Below are positions 41,201 through 56,200 of a stretch of DNA of 64,000 nucleotides, in pieces. Source of the DNA: Antedon mediterranea (lineage: Eukaryota > Animalia > Echinodermata); NCBI RefSeq assembly GCF_964355755.1, contig NC_092674.1, positions 10,354,001 to 10,418,000 of the forward strand. Reading direction: 5' to 3'. A program made the position numbers and the translations under genes. The notes beneath the pieces are model-generated. The model had not been told where the DNA came from, ran no database searches, and was given only the letters and a program-made list of their open reading frames with translations. The first letter of the stretch is position 1, and the number at the start of each line of letters is the position of its first letter.

Positions 41201-44200
41201 TTCATGCCTGTACCTGAGCTTTGAAGATTTGCTATTTAATCAAATTTGAACCATTTGTATGCATATACTGTGTAGGTTGCCTGCATATAAAGGCTCGGGG
41301 TATCTTAATTGGGACGGCTTTTTTTCATCTTTGGCTTTAGGTCAGTCTACACCGCAGGAAACGGGTCATTCCGCTGATGAAGTCAGTCAGTTTTTCTTCA
41401 ATTTGTTTTATCTAACTTTGTTCACAGAAGGTGACAGACTACAGACATGAACTCTAGTTTTTACAAAAACCTATCAACACCAAACTTTGTTATACCATTT
41501 CTTCATTTTTAAATATCATGTTTATGCTTTACATAAAATTGCAAGAGAAAAGATATTTTACATTGTGAGAAGTTACCTCTTATATTTAGTTATGGGCAAA
41601 AGTAAATAAAGGCTTTTGCTACACCTCCTTTTAGTAAGAAAAACGATATTAAAAAGGCTAACCCATCTAAAGCAACCATCTCTTTAATGTCACTATCAAT
41701 AGCACCCTCTATAGCCAGTTAGCTTGGGAAATGAAAGTGAATAAAAGTGCATGACACACGATTGGTTAGAAAAATTACCAAAATAAAATTGTTGGAATTT
41801 CAAATCGAAAAAGTTGTCACAATTGTAATGTACTGGTGTTAAAATAACAGAAATAAAAAAACATACAAAACATTCATAGAAACAATAAATAATATTTTCT
41901 ATAAATCCCAACAGAGTAGTTTACCCTATAAACAAATGGAATAATCTAAAAACACCTCCATTCAGTACTAACACAAAGAGTAGTGGAATCGTGAACAATA
42001 TCTGTGACTAATGCAAAATAGCACACGAACCACTTTCCATTTCCTCACACGCTTGTGTGAATAATACACGCTGCATTAGTACAAGAAAAAACAGGCCGGC
42101 ACTGGGTGACAGATACCATGTGGTACACACAGCACGGTAAGAACATGGATTTACTGGGTAAGTATGGGTAGTGATGAGGGGGTTGAATAGGCTTAGGAAT
42201 TAAAGACGTAGTTGGTTTATTGTGATGTAAATCAGCTTGGAGACTGGTCTTGTCAGCACCTATTGTGTGAGGACTTGAATTAAAAAAGAATAGGTTTAAA
42301 GCTGAATGTAAACAGGAGAGACAATGTTTGGATAACGGGTAAAGTTGGCATTTTTATCATTCAACATTTAAGTTTAATAAACGTATTGCTGCTATTGATA
42401 AACGGTACATTGAATTTAAGTAAGTTTTTAAAATTGAAATTTTCATAATTTATATAAAAATCTCTTAAGAAAAAAAATATATAGTACGTAATTCATAATT
42501 AAAAAGTTACAAACAATCATAAAATTACTCATATAATATTTGGATAATCTCCAGGGGCTTATTAGGATGTGTGTAATAAGACATTATTACTGTACAAGGG
42601 CAACCAACTTTTTCATGAGTAATAAACTCAATTGACCAATATTATTAGAGTTACATTATCTCAAAATATCTACATTATTCATTAATGAGTTTTGAACTAT
42701 AAATGCAAATTGTTTGTACTGTTTTAACACATTTAGATGAACTTATCTAATGGCGGACGATTATTTTATATGAGTACACATTAAAGGTATATCCAGTGGT
42801 ACAGTGTGGGGTTGAGCATGCTTGCATTGTAAAACCTACAAGTCTTGGCTGTGGAACAGCATAGTTGTCATGACAACAATAACTAATATCTAAACCTCAT
42901 ACAAAACATGGGTTTGTCAACAGACCAACTACCTATTGGATAAAAATCATCAACAATCATAAAATAGTACTGTAGTGTAAAACAAAAACTTTCTGCACGC
43001 CTAATATGGCGCACCAGAAATGGCCTATCCTACTATAACAATATTTCACATTTTGCCTACAGTACATACGAACAGATTAAGGTATATTTTGTACTAACTA
43101 TAATACAAAATCTGGTAAATTTGGCTAGATAATCTTCGATCCTATGTACAGTATCATGTGAGCTAGTTAAAAATTAATTCCAGAATGTCCATTATTCAGG
43201 GGACACCACTATTCAAGGAAATCCTTAATTAAGGGGACACTTTGTTGAATCTCAAAGGTGTTCCTAATAGAGGTCTACAACGTACGGCTTTCTCATTAAT
43301 TAATGCATTTAAAAAACCAAAAATGAACTGTTGAATTATTCATGTGGTACATATTAAATGTATCGCGTTGATAAAATGAAGTTTCTAATTAGATCATTCT
43401 AATTAATACCTCTTAATTCGTTTTTAATTATTAGGATAGAACCGTCAATTTAAATGACCCAAAGGATCTAAATCTAGGCCACCAGGGAATTGAACATAAG
43501 ACTTCTAGATTTGATAACCCTGCTCTAATACCATAAACCTGTCATTCTAACATACAAACACATCACCAGGGAGAAGGTACATTACTAAACACTAACGTTT
43601 CTGGGTTGAAATTAGGAGAAACGAAAGAAAGCAATTTAACCCGTACTGTAGATTTAATGGACAAGTACGCCTAAAGAAAAACAAATATCACCTTTGACCT
43701 AAAAAAATGTCTTATCTTTCAAATTAATTTCTCTCTGTATTATTAGTAAATGTACAAACAGTAGTATATTGATTCTTTGGACTTATTACTCAAAAGCAAT
43801 TGAAGTCAATTTGAAATGATTGGTTAGCAACCAAGGAGATCTTGTCGTGGTTTATAACTTGTGTAATTGCAATAAGTATATGACTCCTTCAACAAATACA
43901 TTTCTAAATTGTGCTATTTCCCCATTCCGGGTTCTCCATTCAATACAAGATCATAAATTATTTCTGATAAAAATCAAATACAATTATTGGTGAAATTAAT
44001 AAAAATAAAAGATATCTTTAGAACAAAATTATATCACTGTGTAATAAAACACGGTCTGAAATGATTTTGGGGTAATGAAAATAAAAAAATTCCCAACAGT
44101 TGGACCACTAAAAAGTGCATAAACATTTAAAACGAATTAAAATCCTATTGAAGAAAAACAGAGGATTAATCAGAGTTGGTTAATACTGCAAGTCAACAAT

Positions 44201-47200
44201 GTATAATTTACAACAATATGAAAATTAAATGATAGTTCATGTATTGTTAGCTTTCTGAAAAGATGCACATGTTCAGCTTTTGTTTCAGTGTCGTGTAAAT
44301 TAATTAGGTCATTTTATGCGCTAGAATAGTCATCTTTAGTCATCATGATGGCCTATAAAACCACATAAAACACAAAGATACGGGCCTGTACAGTGCTTCC
44401 ACTTAATCATCTACCAAATGACGTCATCACGATTAGTAAAGTTCGTGTTAAATGACGAAACAAGTACATTTCAATTGAATAATTATCCTGCGAATAATAT
44501 GGCAGGCACAGATTATTCCGGACTTGTTTACGATGCGGCGCTAAGTGGTTTTGGGCATTACCTTTTTCGATAGTGCCACAGTACAGTTGAAGTATCCCCC
44601 GCAGACTGTTATACGACACATTCTTTAACCAAAACCCCTGGGGCCCGCTGCTCAGGTGTCGGATACTGAACCATTTGCAATTTTATTAACAAGTACAGTA
44701 TAATTAAAGTCTAAAAAGAATGCGTATAGTATTCTAATAAAGGCAAGTATTTTCGCAGAAAAAAAACCCAATGTTTTTGCCATCACGGTACTAATATGTT
44801 TAACACTTCATTTGATACCAATACTTTATTTTACTATAAATGTTTATCAGGTTAAAGTACTAGAGAAATCATCTTGGTGAAGAACACATTTATTAAAAGG
44901 TGAATTCTTTCCGTCATATAATAATTTTTTATTTAAAATAATTTTTGGAAAAATTTGCAAATTCATTTTCAATAAACATCAGGAACAAATTCCTTTGTTA
45001 TAGTAATTTACGAGATGAACTTGTTCGGAAACAACTAGTTCAAATAACTCACTAATATTTACAAGTAGGTCTCAGTGATAATAACTGCCCAGGTACAGCC
45101 TGGCACAGACAACTCATAAATATTCATTATTACATACTCATGAATATTCATTTCATGTACCTGGGAGCTACTAGAAGCAATTAAAACAAAACCACAGCTT
45201 TACAATGGATCTAGAAAATTACATTTAGGACTTGATATCACAGGTGGCTTCCAAATTGCAAACCTAAGATTAAGAAGTGTGGGGATATAAAGGTCATAGT
45301 TCAACTACCACAGACACGGACCTAAAATCATCAACATACAAGAGAAATGCTAGCAAAACATAAGATCACCAGCGTGGATAGTATTAGTAGGAAATCGATA
45401 TCGGATGTTAATTTGCATAAATTAGGGACAGCCGCCGCGTTAACATACTAGCCGTATTAGAACGAGTGAGTAACTGACACGATTAACAGTAAATAATCTC
45501 GTAAGTTATTAATTTTCTTCATAAAGAAAGGAAAAGCTGTTTGGAACTCTAAAAAGGTCAGTTTACTCTACAGCATTTGACTTTAAACCAAATCGTAAAA
45601 TTCAATTACAGCATGATCAAGTATGTTGAATGCTAGCACAAGGAATGGATAGATTCTAACAGGAAATTGTACACATCAGAATGTGATATTGTAGTTCATC
45701 GGTTGTTAACATTACGGCGAAATTGAGGTTAGGAATTGTCTTTCTCAAATAAAATATTAATGATTAATAAATAAAATAGACAACAAACAGGAATTAGTAT
45801 TATTATTATTGAAAAATGTTTGTAAAAAAAAAATCTATGGGCACACTGAGATGTATGAAAGTGCAATACTAACATTACTGACTACAGGACACCATTATAA
45901 GGGACACATTCCCATGAAAAAAACATGATAAATGTGTTGTTTTAACGCTACATACATACACCTATTCAGGGGACACTTGATAGAGGTGGTTCTATTGTAT
46001 TTACTCTGTATGTAAAGTACGGTCTGCTTGCATACAGATAAAAGAATAAAAAACTTTAGAAAAATTTTGAGTAATGCTTCAACACTGGAGAATGAGGTAT
46101 ACAATAAGCTTGTGTAAGTAAGTCTGTGAAATGACTAAATTTGACATGGCATTGGGATAAACACCAAAAAACACATGTAAAAATATATACCGTACTAGGG
46201 AAACTAACATTGATATCTGCCATTATCTAAAAACAATCGCAAAATGGAAATATTGAGACAACGTAGAAATAATGGACATTCTTTACACAAAAAAAGAAAT
46301 TTAAAATATATAATTTTTAAAAGCATGTGAAGTATGCATCCTAGCAACTGTGATTCATAAATACTATTTAATTTCTCTTTGTAAGAACACCATAAAACCA
46401 CAACATTTGAAGATCAGCTATTGTACTATACTATTGCTGGCTTCACACTTTCAGTTCTATTCAATACACTAAAAAGAATTCAAAGGAACTCACAATTAAA
46501 CCAGGTGAAATCATGTAGTATTCCTACCATCATGTACTTTCAGTTCTATTCAATAAACTGTACACAAATATTTCTTTTTTAATAGACCGAGAAATTAAAA
46601 TTCCATTAAATATTAAATACCAACCTAAAAGGTCATCCTTATAATCAAGAAGGTTATAATTATTACAGGGCATTAACGTTCATTGAATGTTAACTGTCAA
46701 ATTCTCTACGGGAAATAAACTGATAAAACGTTTAAATAAAATAATGGTGTGAATTACTACCGTAAGTAATCAGTACTCAGGCTAATCTACCTTAATTAAA
46801 TGAATATCTAGATATCTAAATATAACAGGAATTTATTGACTTAATGTGTCAATAATATGGCTATTCTGTAGACACACACAATTCCTGGGTCAGATGCACT
46901 GGATATATAGGTGCAACCCAATGAAATTGTAACAATGAGCCAAATCAACGATTTACATAAAAATCACCTTAACAATTTTTTAAGTTTACTTATAATATCC
47001 CATGATACATTATATCTTGGTCAGTTTAATAAGTTTAAAAGATAATAGGCTAGGAGGAAAATTTGAATTGCCTTCAATCTGTCTAGCAAGAGCAGGAACA
47101 TACAGTACTCCTATCAGTATCATACTTGAATGGGTTAAAGATAATATTTAGGACAAGGTACGTTTTAGGAAATTTAAATATATTTAGGAGTGGGTTTCTC

Positions 47201-50200
47201 TCTCCTTGATATGAATCAATGAGGGAAAGGTAAGCTAACAAGAAGCTTTCACAGCCCCTATCATAAAAGATACTGACTAATATATATAATAAATAATAGT
47301 CTAGGAGTAAAAGGGTTAGGCAGAGGACCTAAACCAAGAAACAGCTTACAAGAAGAAGGATTTACCCTTCACAGCTCTTATCAGACAAGATATATTGACT
47401 AAAATATTTAATAAATAATAGTCTAAGTAAAAGAGTAAGACAGAGAACCAATAAACAGGCTTTCACGACACAGGATAATTGTCACTAAACAACATATTAT
47501 AAATATATTTCATAGGTATTAATCATCTACATGTACTCTCCCATTTCCTAAAACCTGTTTCATAAGATCCCACTCTTTACACAAACCTGTTTGACTCAAT
47601 CGTATTCAATTTCATTAAGGCCCTTTTCCTCAACCTGTTTCCTCCAATCTTAATTTACCCTAATCAAACTTCTGTTTCACATATTATAGTAAGACAATTT
47701 AATACCTTGATAACGTTTCCAAAAATATCTTTTCATTTCTTCAATATGTGAATTTGTAAACAAATTGGAATGACTACTAATTATTTCTTTTATAATTGTA
47801 ATAAAATTAATTAATAATATCATAAAACATCCTTATTTCATTTTTTTCCAGATGTAGCAATCGTCGATGAAGTTTAACAAGTACAGAACGTCTTGCAAAT
47901 AATGTTATCCCCTTTAATTTGAAGCAACTATTTGTAATTACATCTACTGTATCACCATCATGGATTTAGTGACTTTTCAAAACCTGATGTTGAAGGCAGT
48001 TTTGGTTTTGCTATTATTACAATGGAGCGAGAGTAAATCACTTACCAGCTGGATTTGTCCGAAATCTTGCGTTTGCACACCTGAAGGTACTGCATATTGC
48101 AATACGCAAAACATTATATCAGTTACACCAACAATACCATCCAAAAACTCGCAAACTAATTTATTTATAAAAGGACAGAATTTATTCGATAAAAGAAAAC
48201 ATCGTACCAACAATAAACTGCGAACCCTATTCAAGGACGTTTTACAGCAAATGCCAACTTCTAATATTATTGATATTTCAAATAATAAGTTACACTGCGA
48301 TTGTGAAATACTATGGCTTAAAAAATGGCTTATAGACAACGAAACAAATAAGATTTTACTTAGTAATACTGATTATATATGTTACAGTCCACCGATTTTA
48401 AAAGGTCAAAGGGTAAAGGATATCGATAGTGCGGTTTTAAATTGTCCTGTTGAGGAACATACAAGATGGCGTAGAAAAGCGAGTCGAAGACGTAGGCCAC
48501 GTACTTACACGTCAAAACCGCTTGATCTGTGTTTTGTGAACCATTGCAAAAATAACGGTACTTGCGTTTTACAGGATGGACAATCTTTATGTATGTGTCC
48601 GTTAAGTTACACGGGGGAAATTTGTGAAATAAGGTCAGAACCACACCTGCAGATTTACGCTAAACAGTTAATTGACAGGTCATCAGTCCAAGTTAATTGG
48701 ACACTAGACCGTGAAGCCCAGGACATACAGTTTAAGTTAGAGACTAAAACGGCAGACGGAATACGCTTGATTCAATCGCAAATGCTGCCAGGACAGATGC
48801 GACACGTGATAGTAGCAGGTCCATTTCTCACAACGCGTGTACGAGTATGTCTGTATATTTACGAGAACAACATTATAACAAATATTTTATCATGTAAAAA
48901 GATTTACATAGATGAACGAGGATATGGTTTGCCGCCCCCAAGTGATTTACCAGACGACAAAATTTATAACCCATACGATGCATCAAATTTTAACGAAGTC
49001 ATCGATAAGGCAAGTATAGCGCTAGGAAGTATAATCGGTCTTTGTGGGCTGCTTATACTAGGACTTGCAATTGCGTACAAAAACCGACAAATTGATTCCG
49101 ATACCAACGCAAATATGGCAGCTGATATGAATGGATTAGGTTCCGCGTATGGAAATAACACGATCATACAGTTGCAGACAATACGTGAAAGTTATGAAGA
49201 GGAAGTGCAAGAAGCGACGTTGGCGGATGCGAGTCAAGTTCCAATCGTGGCCGAATCGTGTTTAGATGGACAACCACCAAGTCCCCACTTGAGAATCGAA
49301 TTAGTCTCCACAAAGGTAGAGTTCTTTAACAAATCAAAATGAATATTCTTCCATCAGAATAAAGAATTTTTCGACAATTGAAGGAAGTATACACAACGTA
49401 CTTACAGTTATAATCAACTACTGACTTTGATCTATATTCTAATAACAATAAAATTACCAGATTGTTAATTTGTCATAGACACAAATAATGCGACTCAACG
49501 CAGCAAAATTAAGTTATAAAAATGATATTGCTGGGTTTGAACACCGACATTTAATACCGCTTAATTATAAAACAAAGGTCAAATGTCATCTTGATTGAGC
49601 TTGTGTAATATGTATATAAAATGTAAATAAAATGTTTTAAATATTAAAATTAAGCATGGTTTCCACTAGGGGTGCAACACAAATAATTTTTCACTGTTTT
49701 GGTGAAATTATTTTATTGAATGTGTCCCATTGTGAACTGAGCTTAAAGGAATTGAGATATACTAAGAAGATATTATTTTGTAAATTGGTTGCTTTTTATT
49801 AAATGTATGTTTGGTCTATATTGTGTCTTCAGGCTAGACTAAAAAATATTTGTATATTTTTTGTAATATAATTTGTTGTCATGATATATATAATAACTAT
49901 CTTTACCAATAAAGGGCAATCCTTAAATATTTATTGACTTTATTGAAAAATTTAGTATTTAATAAAGTTTCAAAAGCAGAAGTTTGAAAGGTACTAAACT
50001 ATATATTATCACTGTATATTTATTTTAGGGCAGTTTAACCGTGTTCAATTAGGAGGATCCTAGCCAGAATATGAAATATAATAAATATTTTTGAAATACT
50101 TTCCCTTTACAAACTAACAATGTACTGATATCATATAGTCATACCCTACTGTAGCTTGTGGACAGTAGGCGGCTGATTGCATGGTTTTCACACACACAAT

Positions 50201-53200
50201 GCATTGACACAATTAAAAATATTTACATCACAATAACATTATGGCATCAATAACTTTGTTAATTTATGAGCAGACAAATAAAATGTTTTCGACACTTCGA
50301 TGTCCAAAAAGCATCCATATAAACTCATTTTAGGGATGATATTGAAAGTTGATTGTAATGTGTCTTAATGATCTCATCATTGAGGGATAGTCTACAAAAT
50401 TAATAAATTTTGGAAACATACAATTTGTGTTTTGTATCTCCTTTTATGAAGTCTTGCCAATTTTATTATAATCTTTAACCTTTACTATGAAATGATCTTG
50501 ACAAAACTGATTATCATGCAAATTCTTTTCTAGCGCAAGAATCAATATGTGGGTTTACTATTTTCGATAGGGGACAAAACAGGGCTTTTGTTGATGATAA
50601 TTTAGAGGGTTGACCAATTTTATTCATTTACCTGTCAGTTCAAACAGAATGTGTGCACAAAAGCGTCACAGACCAAAAACGCACAAAGGGAGAGGGCACA
50701 GTAAATATGTAAAGTTGACACAGGAAAATATTGAATGCTGTGGGCCTGAAATAAACTAGAATATAAAATTCAATGTCGTCTATGTTTAATTGGATTTTAA
50801 TTTAATATGAAAGAACATTTTGTTTAAAAGCATGGCATTTTTACCTGCTTTTATTATCTTGCTACCTATACTTGGGTATTGCTAAACACCGCAAACCTCC
50901 AAAAAAACATAGCAAACCCCACCGAACCAGTGGGCCGAACACTACATGATTCAGTCACTTTTAGGTTGGTTCGGTGGGGTTTGCTATATATTTTTGGAGG
51001 TTTGCAGGGTTTAGCAATCATTTTTGACCAAAAAATGATGTTTTACCCCAAAAATAAGTAGTTAGTAAAAATTTGTTTGCTATGTTTTTTTTTAGGTTTG
51101 CGGTGTTTAGCAATACCCACCTATACTTTGAAATTGAGATTTTAATGTTATAGGAGTTTTTAAGCCCTTTTTAACAATTATTTGTGATGTCTCTAAATAT
51201 AATTGTTTTTTTCAATTAGGTAGTCCTCCCTCTAGAGGCAGAAAACCCATATTCCTAGATTCATTGACTGTAGCAGTCAGCTTTCCTTACATTTTACCAT
51301 CGAAAAATACATACCCAGCCAATTGGACAAGTTTTGTATTTACTTATATAGGCCAAAAAAAGTTCGGTTCACGCCCAAGATTGAATTTTATTATATGTGT
51401 GGCTTTTACTAACTACAGTACAGTAGTACATACCAAAATACAAGAACGGTTGTCTAAAGGTTATTGACCTCGGAGAATTTGATGGACGCGATGGTACAAT
51501 TTCGATTGTTATCCTTACCGAATGTTACTTTTTATAAATAAAAAAAAGTGAAAAAGAAAAAGGTCAGCTCCTTTTTGATAAGGAGGAATTAGAGAAAAAT
51601 GTGATAAAAGTGGGGTAAAAAATTTTTTTCAATCGAGCTCCTTGAAAATTTAAAGGGAGCTATTAAATGCTCTTCTCTTGTTTCTTTACATAAGGATCTG
51701 TTAAACAGCAAAAAGTAACTTATAGCGTACAATTGCTATTAATAGATTATACATTTATAATTCTTTCTAGACTTACCTTGTCCGAGGTTCTGTTCCAAAC
51801 GGTGACTTTATGCCCTGATTTCACCAGATTCATAGCCATTCCTTTACCCATTATGCCAAGACCAACGAAGCCAATCCTAAATTAATGCAAATGTATAACA
51901 TTTAACAATAGAAGTACAGTTAGGGTTTTCATTAACACTTTGACTGCCAGAGGTTTTTCCAGTTAGAAACTGCCACCGCCAGCGTTTTTAGCCAAATTCG
52001 ATGTTTTTATTAAAGCTGATTGAAACCATGTATGTGATCTGATTTATATGTAATTTAGACTAAAATAATCATAAAGATTTTAGCTTTACAATGGTACCAA
52101 GAACGATTTTTAAATCGCAATATGTAAATAATAGTAAAATGAAAGTAACCCACTTTTTGAATTTTTCGTAGTTTCGCGCAAGAAAGTCGAGATAATCGCG
52201 ATTTTGTGCAAGACATCACAATATGAAAATATCGCCCGGTGAGATCAACAAACAACGAAAAAGTTACTTACACGGCACTGATAGGCCTATAAAAACAAGT
52301 TATCACTATCGAAAAATGTATTACATTTTATAAATCATAAATCTTACATCAATGTTTCGCCAAAATCCACATAGTAAAGACACCAGGCCTAGTTAACCAG
52401 GCCTAAAGTTGGTCCGGAACCGTTTTACGACTAGGGCTAGGCTAGCCTAGTACTACTAGCCTAGGCCTAGGAGATAGTAAACTGATGATAATAACCATAC
52501 CATTTCAAAACAAGTTTGTTGCGTGAAACTCGGTCACTTTCAGTAAAACACCAAAACAATTAGGGTATACATACAATAATAAAATTAAAGACTTCATATT
52601 GAAAATGACTCCATTATTTTTTATTCAGATAACAAACAAACATGTCAATCCACAAAAACCTTTGTAATGCTTCGGCGGCATAGCTAGCGCGCGACCGATA
52701 CACAATGCGCCAAGCCATCGCTCTACGCGCTACTGTGATGCGCGGTGTTTGTTATTTCGACAGGTACCATTTTGACAGTCGTTCGTAACCAGATTAGTTA
52801 CTTTCAAATTGGAAAATATTGACGGTCCAGACCGAATATAGTGTTCATATTTATAGTATATACCAATAATTAACCTATCTACCGGATTTCGTAAAAAAAC
52901 GCGAAAAACGAAGATCTTCGTTTTTGGCAGTCAAGCGTTGTGTTTCCAAAAACGAAGATCTTCGTGTTTGGCAGTCAAAGTGTTAAGGCAGGCTTTTACT
53001 CTTACAAATTGCTGGCCTGGCCTACCACTTTCATATAGCCTATTAAAAATGTGGAGGTTACACACACCAGGGCATACACCATAGAAACACTGGTGTTATG
53101 TGTGTAACCTTTGGATATAGAAGGGGTAAGGCCAAGACAACCATCATACTTAAAGGCTAGGTTGTAACTGAACCCAAGTAAGCAGTGGGTACTGTATCAA

Positions 53201-56200
53201 TGTGATTATTATCAATTGTGAATACTTATTGTCTATGGTTATTTCAATCTAATAGTGATATACATGCTTCATCTTTGCAAATTTGCATTGTTTGTGATGG
53301 TTTTCCTATAGGCAAAAAAATTAACTTTGCAGATAACTGAAAATAAAATAAATATACTTAAACACAAAAAAATATACCATATACATACATAGTTTGCTTC
53401 AACGTGTTTGTTATTTACGAACTTGTGATGTTACCTAAAAGTCAACTTTGTTAAAATAAAGGAAATTACAAAATGGTTGTTACTTTTTTGTTGTGGGTGT
53501 GATGGCCGGATGTTGTCCATCAGCATTGTTAGCGTTGACTTGCTTGTGTTCAAATAAGATCTTATACATTCTGTCCATGTCCATCTTGGGTTTCCTCTTT
53601 GCTGGTGTTATGCCTTGTTCAAACGGCTAAAAACAACAAATTACAAACAATTTTACAATAAATATACATTAAAAAATACATATTTGTTTGGAAAAGCACA
53701 CTTTCCTACATGAGCATTTGTTTGGGTTCAGGATCATCTTATTAGGGAGATTTAGATTTTCAAGTTCAATATGCTATGCTATTATGTCATTTTTATTGTA
53801 TGCGCATGTGCTAGGTGACTGGTACGTCAACAAATTTAAATCGTTGTTCAGTGGCATTTTGACGTTCTCTCTGTGACATGATTACCAGTATCATAACACT
53901 CCAAAAGTTTACCCAAAACCATGCCCGAGAATCTCCCAATGATTTTCAGTCAAATTATATTTAAAAACTCTGAATTATTGATTTGTATTGGTTATTTTAA
54001 ATAAAGCTTTTAATAATACAGATTTTGGCCTGGGTCTTATCACCTAGTACGCCAGCCTTCATTCAGAAAATTAAGGATCTCGGCTAGACCTACGCTACAC
54101 ACCTAGCCTGACCTAAGCCTGTGTACTTCTTCCAGCCCAGGTTGATGGAATAGCACCACGGATGAGTGCTACTACAGAGATTACAAGGTCAGATCCAAAC
54201 GCCATTATGTCATATGTTCACTGGCACAGTCCATCAGTTTTAAGGAGAGTGAGAGCGATTGCTCTCCTCCGCTCTCCTAAACTTGCTTCCCGGACCCAGC
54301 CTAGGCCTAGGCTAGTCCACATTTTGCACCATGTACTGTAGTAGGAGAGCAAATTGCTCTCCTCAGTATTCCAGGAGAGCAATTCATTGCTCTCCTGGAT
54401 TTTTCATACGTGAAGGACTGCTGGCACATCAACCAACGTAAATTTCCACATAATCTAAGTTCTTCTATCTGTCGACTAGAACAGACGACTACGACCCAAA
54501 AGAAGGTAGGACCCATCTTGTCCCTTGTTGTACCCCTGTATGGACTGCAATCCAGTCAGATAGAGAGTTTCTGTAAAGCCCTTTCCCTAATAGCCAATGA
54601 CTACTGTTTTGTAATCTCTCGAATTTAACCCTAATTAAAACATTTACGGACTGTGGTGATGATGACTGTGAACTAAAGTTAGGTGCAAAAGTTCAGTAGT
54701 GTTGACTAGTCTGGGTTAGTAAAAGAAAGAAAATACTTCTGCGCATAACCCTACATACACTACACATAGGTAGGTTGTAGGGCATAGCCAATGAAAAGTA
54801 TTGTAATGTAATCTATTTGCGTATGCGCACATACCAAATGCGTTAAATTGGTGTAACGATACTGACTTTACATCAAAGTAACACAGAAATGCTTTCATAC
54901 GTTCTGTACGTGTGAATCGGTTTACGTAAATGTTATAATTTTAAATTATTATATGAAATTTGTATTTTTGGATCTAATATCCCTTTCTACGTTTGCTAAT
55001 TATGTAAACTATTAGTAAATTCTGAATGATCGATGAATTCACCTTTTTTTAAAAAACTATTGCTTACGAAAGAGAAATAAAAATAGTGTAATTGTTCCCA
55101 GGTGCCTAACGCTAGTTTTCTGCGACGAATTTGTTTGCTCGCTTTACTTTCTACTACAAGAGTGAATTGCTGCCATTTACATCCTGATCAACATAAACGC
55201 GTCATAACTAAATTCTTAAGGTCCAATTGAGAAATTTTTCACTTCACAAAAAAAAAGAAATGATTAAACAACTAATTTTGGTGAAAGAAAACCTCAAAGA
55301 ACTAGAAAGCATAACCAGAAGGGGTTTTGGAAGATGGCAATACAAATGCACATAAGTTGACACTTCTGATTCACATAAATTAATTCATCTAGTGGGAAAA
55401 TAATTTACTTTGGGTCTCTTGACATAAATAAATAATAACATTTTAGTCTAATTGTTACTCAAAATAAAACCGGTTTCTCATCTGGTGATCATTTGTGGTT
55501 GGATGTGTAATGGCCCTCTTTAGGGACTTAACGCTGGAGACCTTGGTCTTTTAAGCCTTTTCAACATATTTTAATGCCTGTTTGGGCCCTTCTTTTTTGG
55601 TACCGCCGTAAGCTCTGGATTTAGCCAGTAAGTGCTATACTTGAGCCATTCAGTGACATTCTGAAGCGAGGTCAAATTGAGACGGCATTTCAGTTAAAAA
55701 TTGCTCCATGAAAAACCGTTTTACAAATCAGTTTTGACAATCAAGAATTGGGTTTTCGACAAAAATTTTAGAAATCAGAAACCCGATTTGTTTTCAATAG
55801 TATCATTTCTAGTGCAAGATTGTTTATGCAGGCAGAAGAAAGCCTTTTGCGCAAAATTTTAAAATAAAAAATTTAAATGTGTTACTATACCTTCTTTTTA
55901 GGAGTGTCCTTCTTGGGCGATCTTATAGGCCCATCTGAATCTCGAGAACTGATTGCTGGACGCCCTTTTTTCTTCGGGATTCTTCTTTTTAGGTCCACAA
56001 TTTCCTGCGTTTCCGAATCATCACCGGAATCGTCAGTGAATTTTCGCTTTAATTGAGTTTTTTCGTCACTACTGCTCACCGACAACTGAAAAAAAAATAT
56101 TACCATGGCAAGAAATGATCTCAAGCTGAGAAAATGCAGAAAGTAATACTAATTCAACGCTAAATTTCTTGATAAAAACTACTAACTTTTTTGTGTCTTG

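Noticed and set aside
41018-42105. Possible Kolobok-like element starting ttaaaggccaagtgcgggc
   Set aside because: Only a weak partial match at the other end and no second TTAA; boundaries unsupported
47977-49167. Minus-strand ORFs overlapping the nested gene
   Set aside because: Shadow frames of the real plus-strand CDS; not needed in the GLYR1 reading frame
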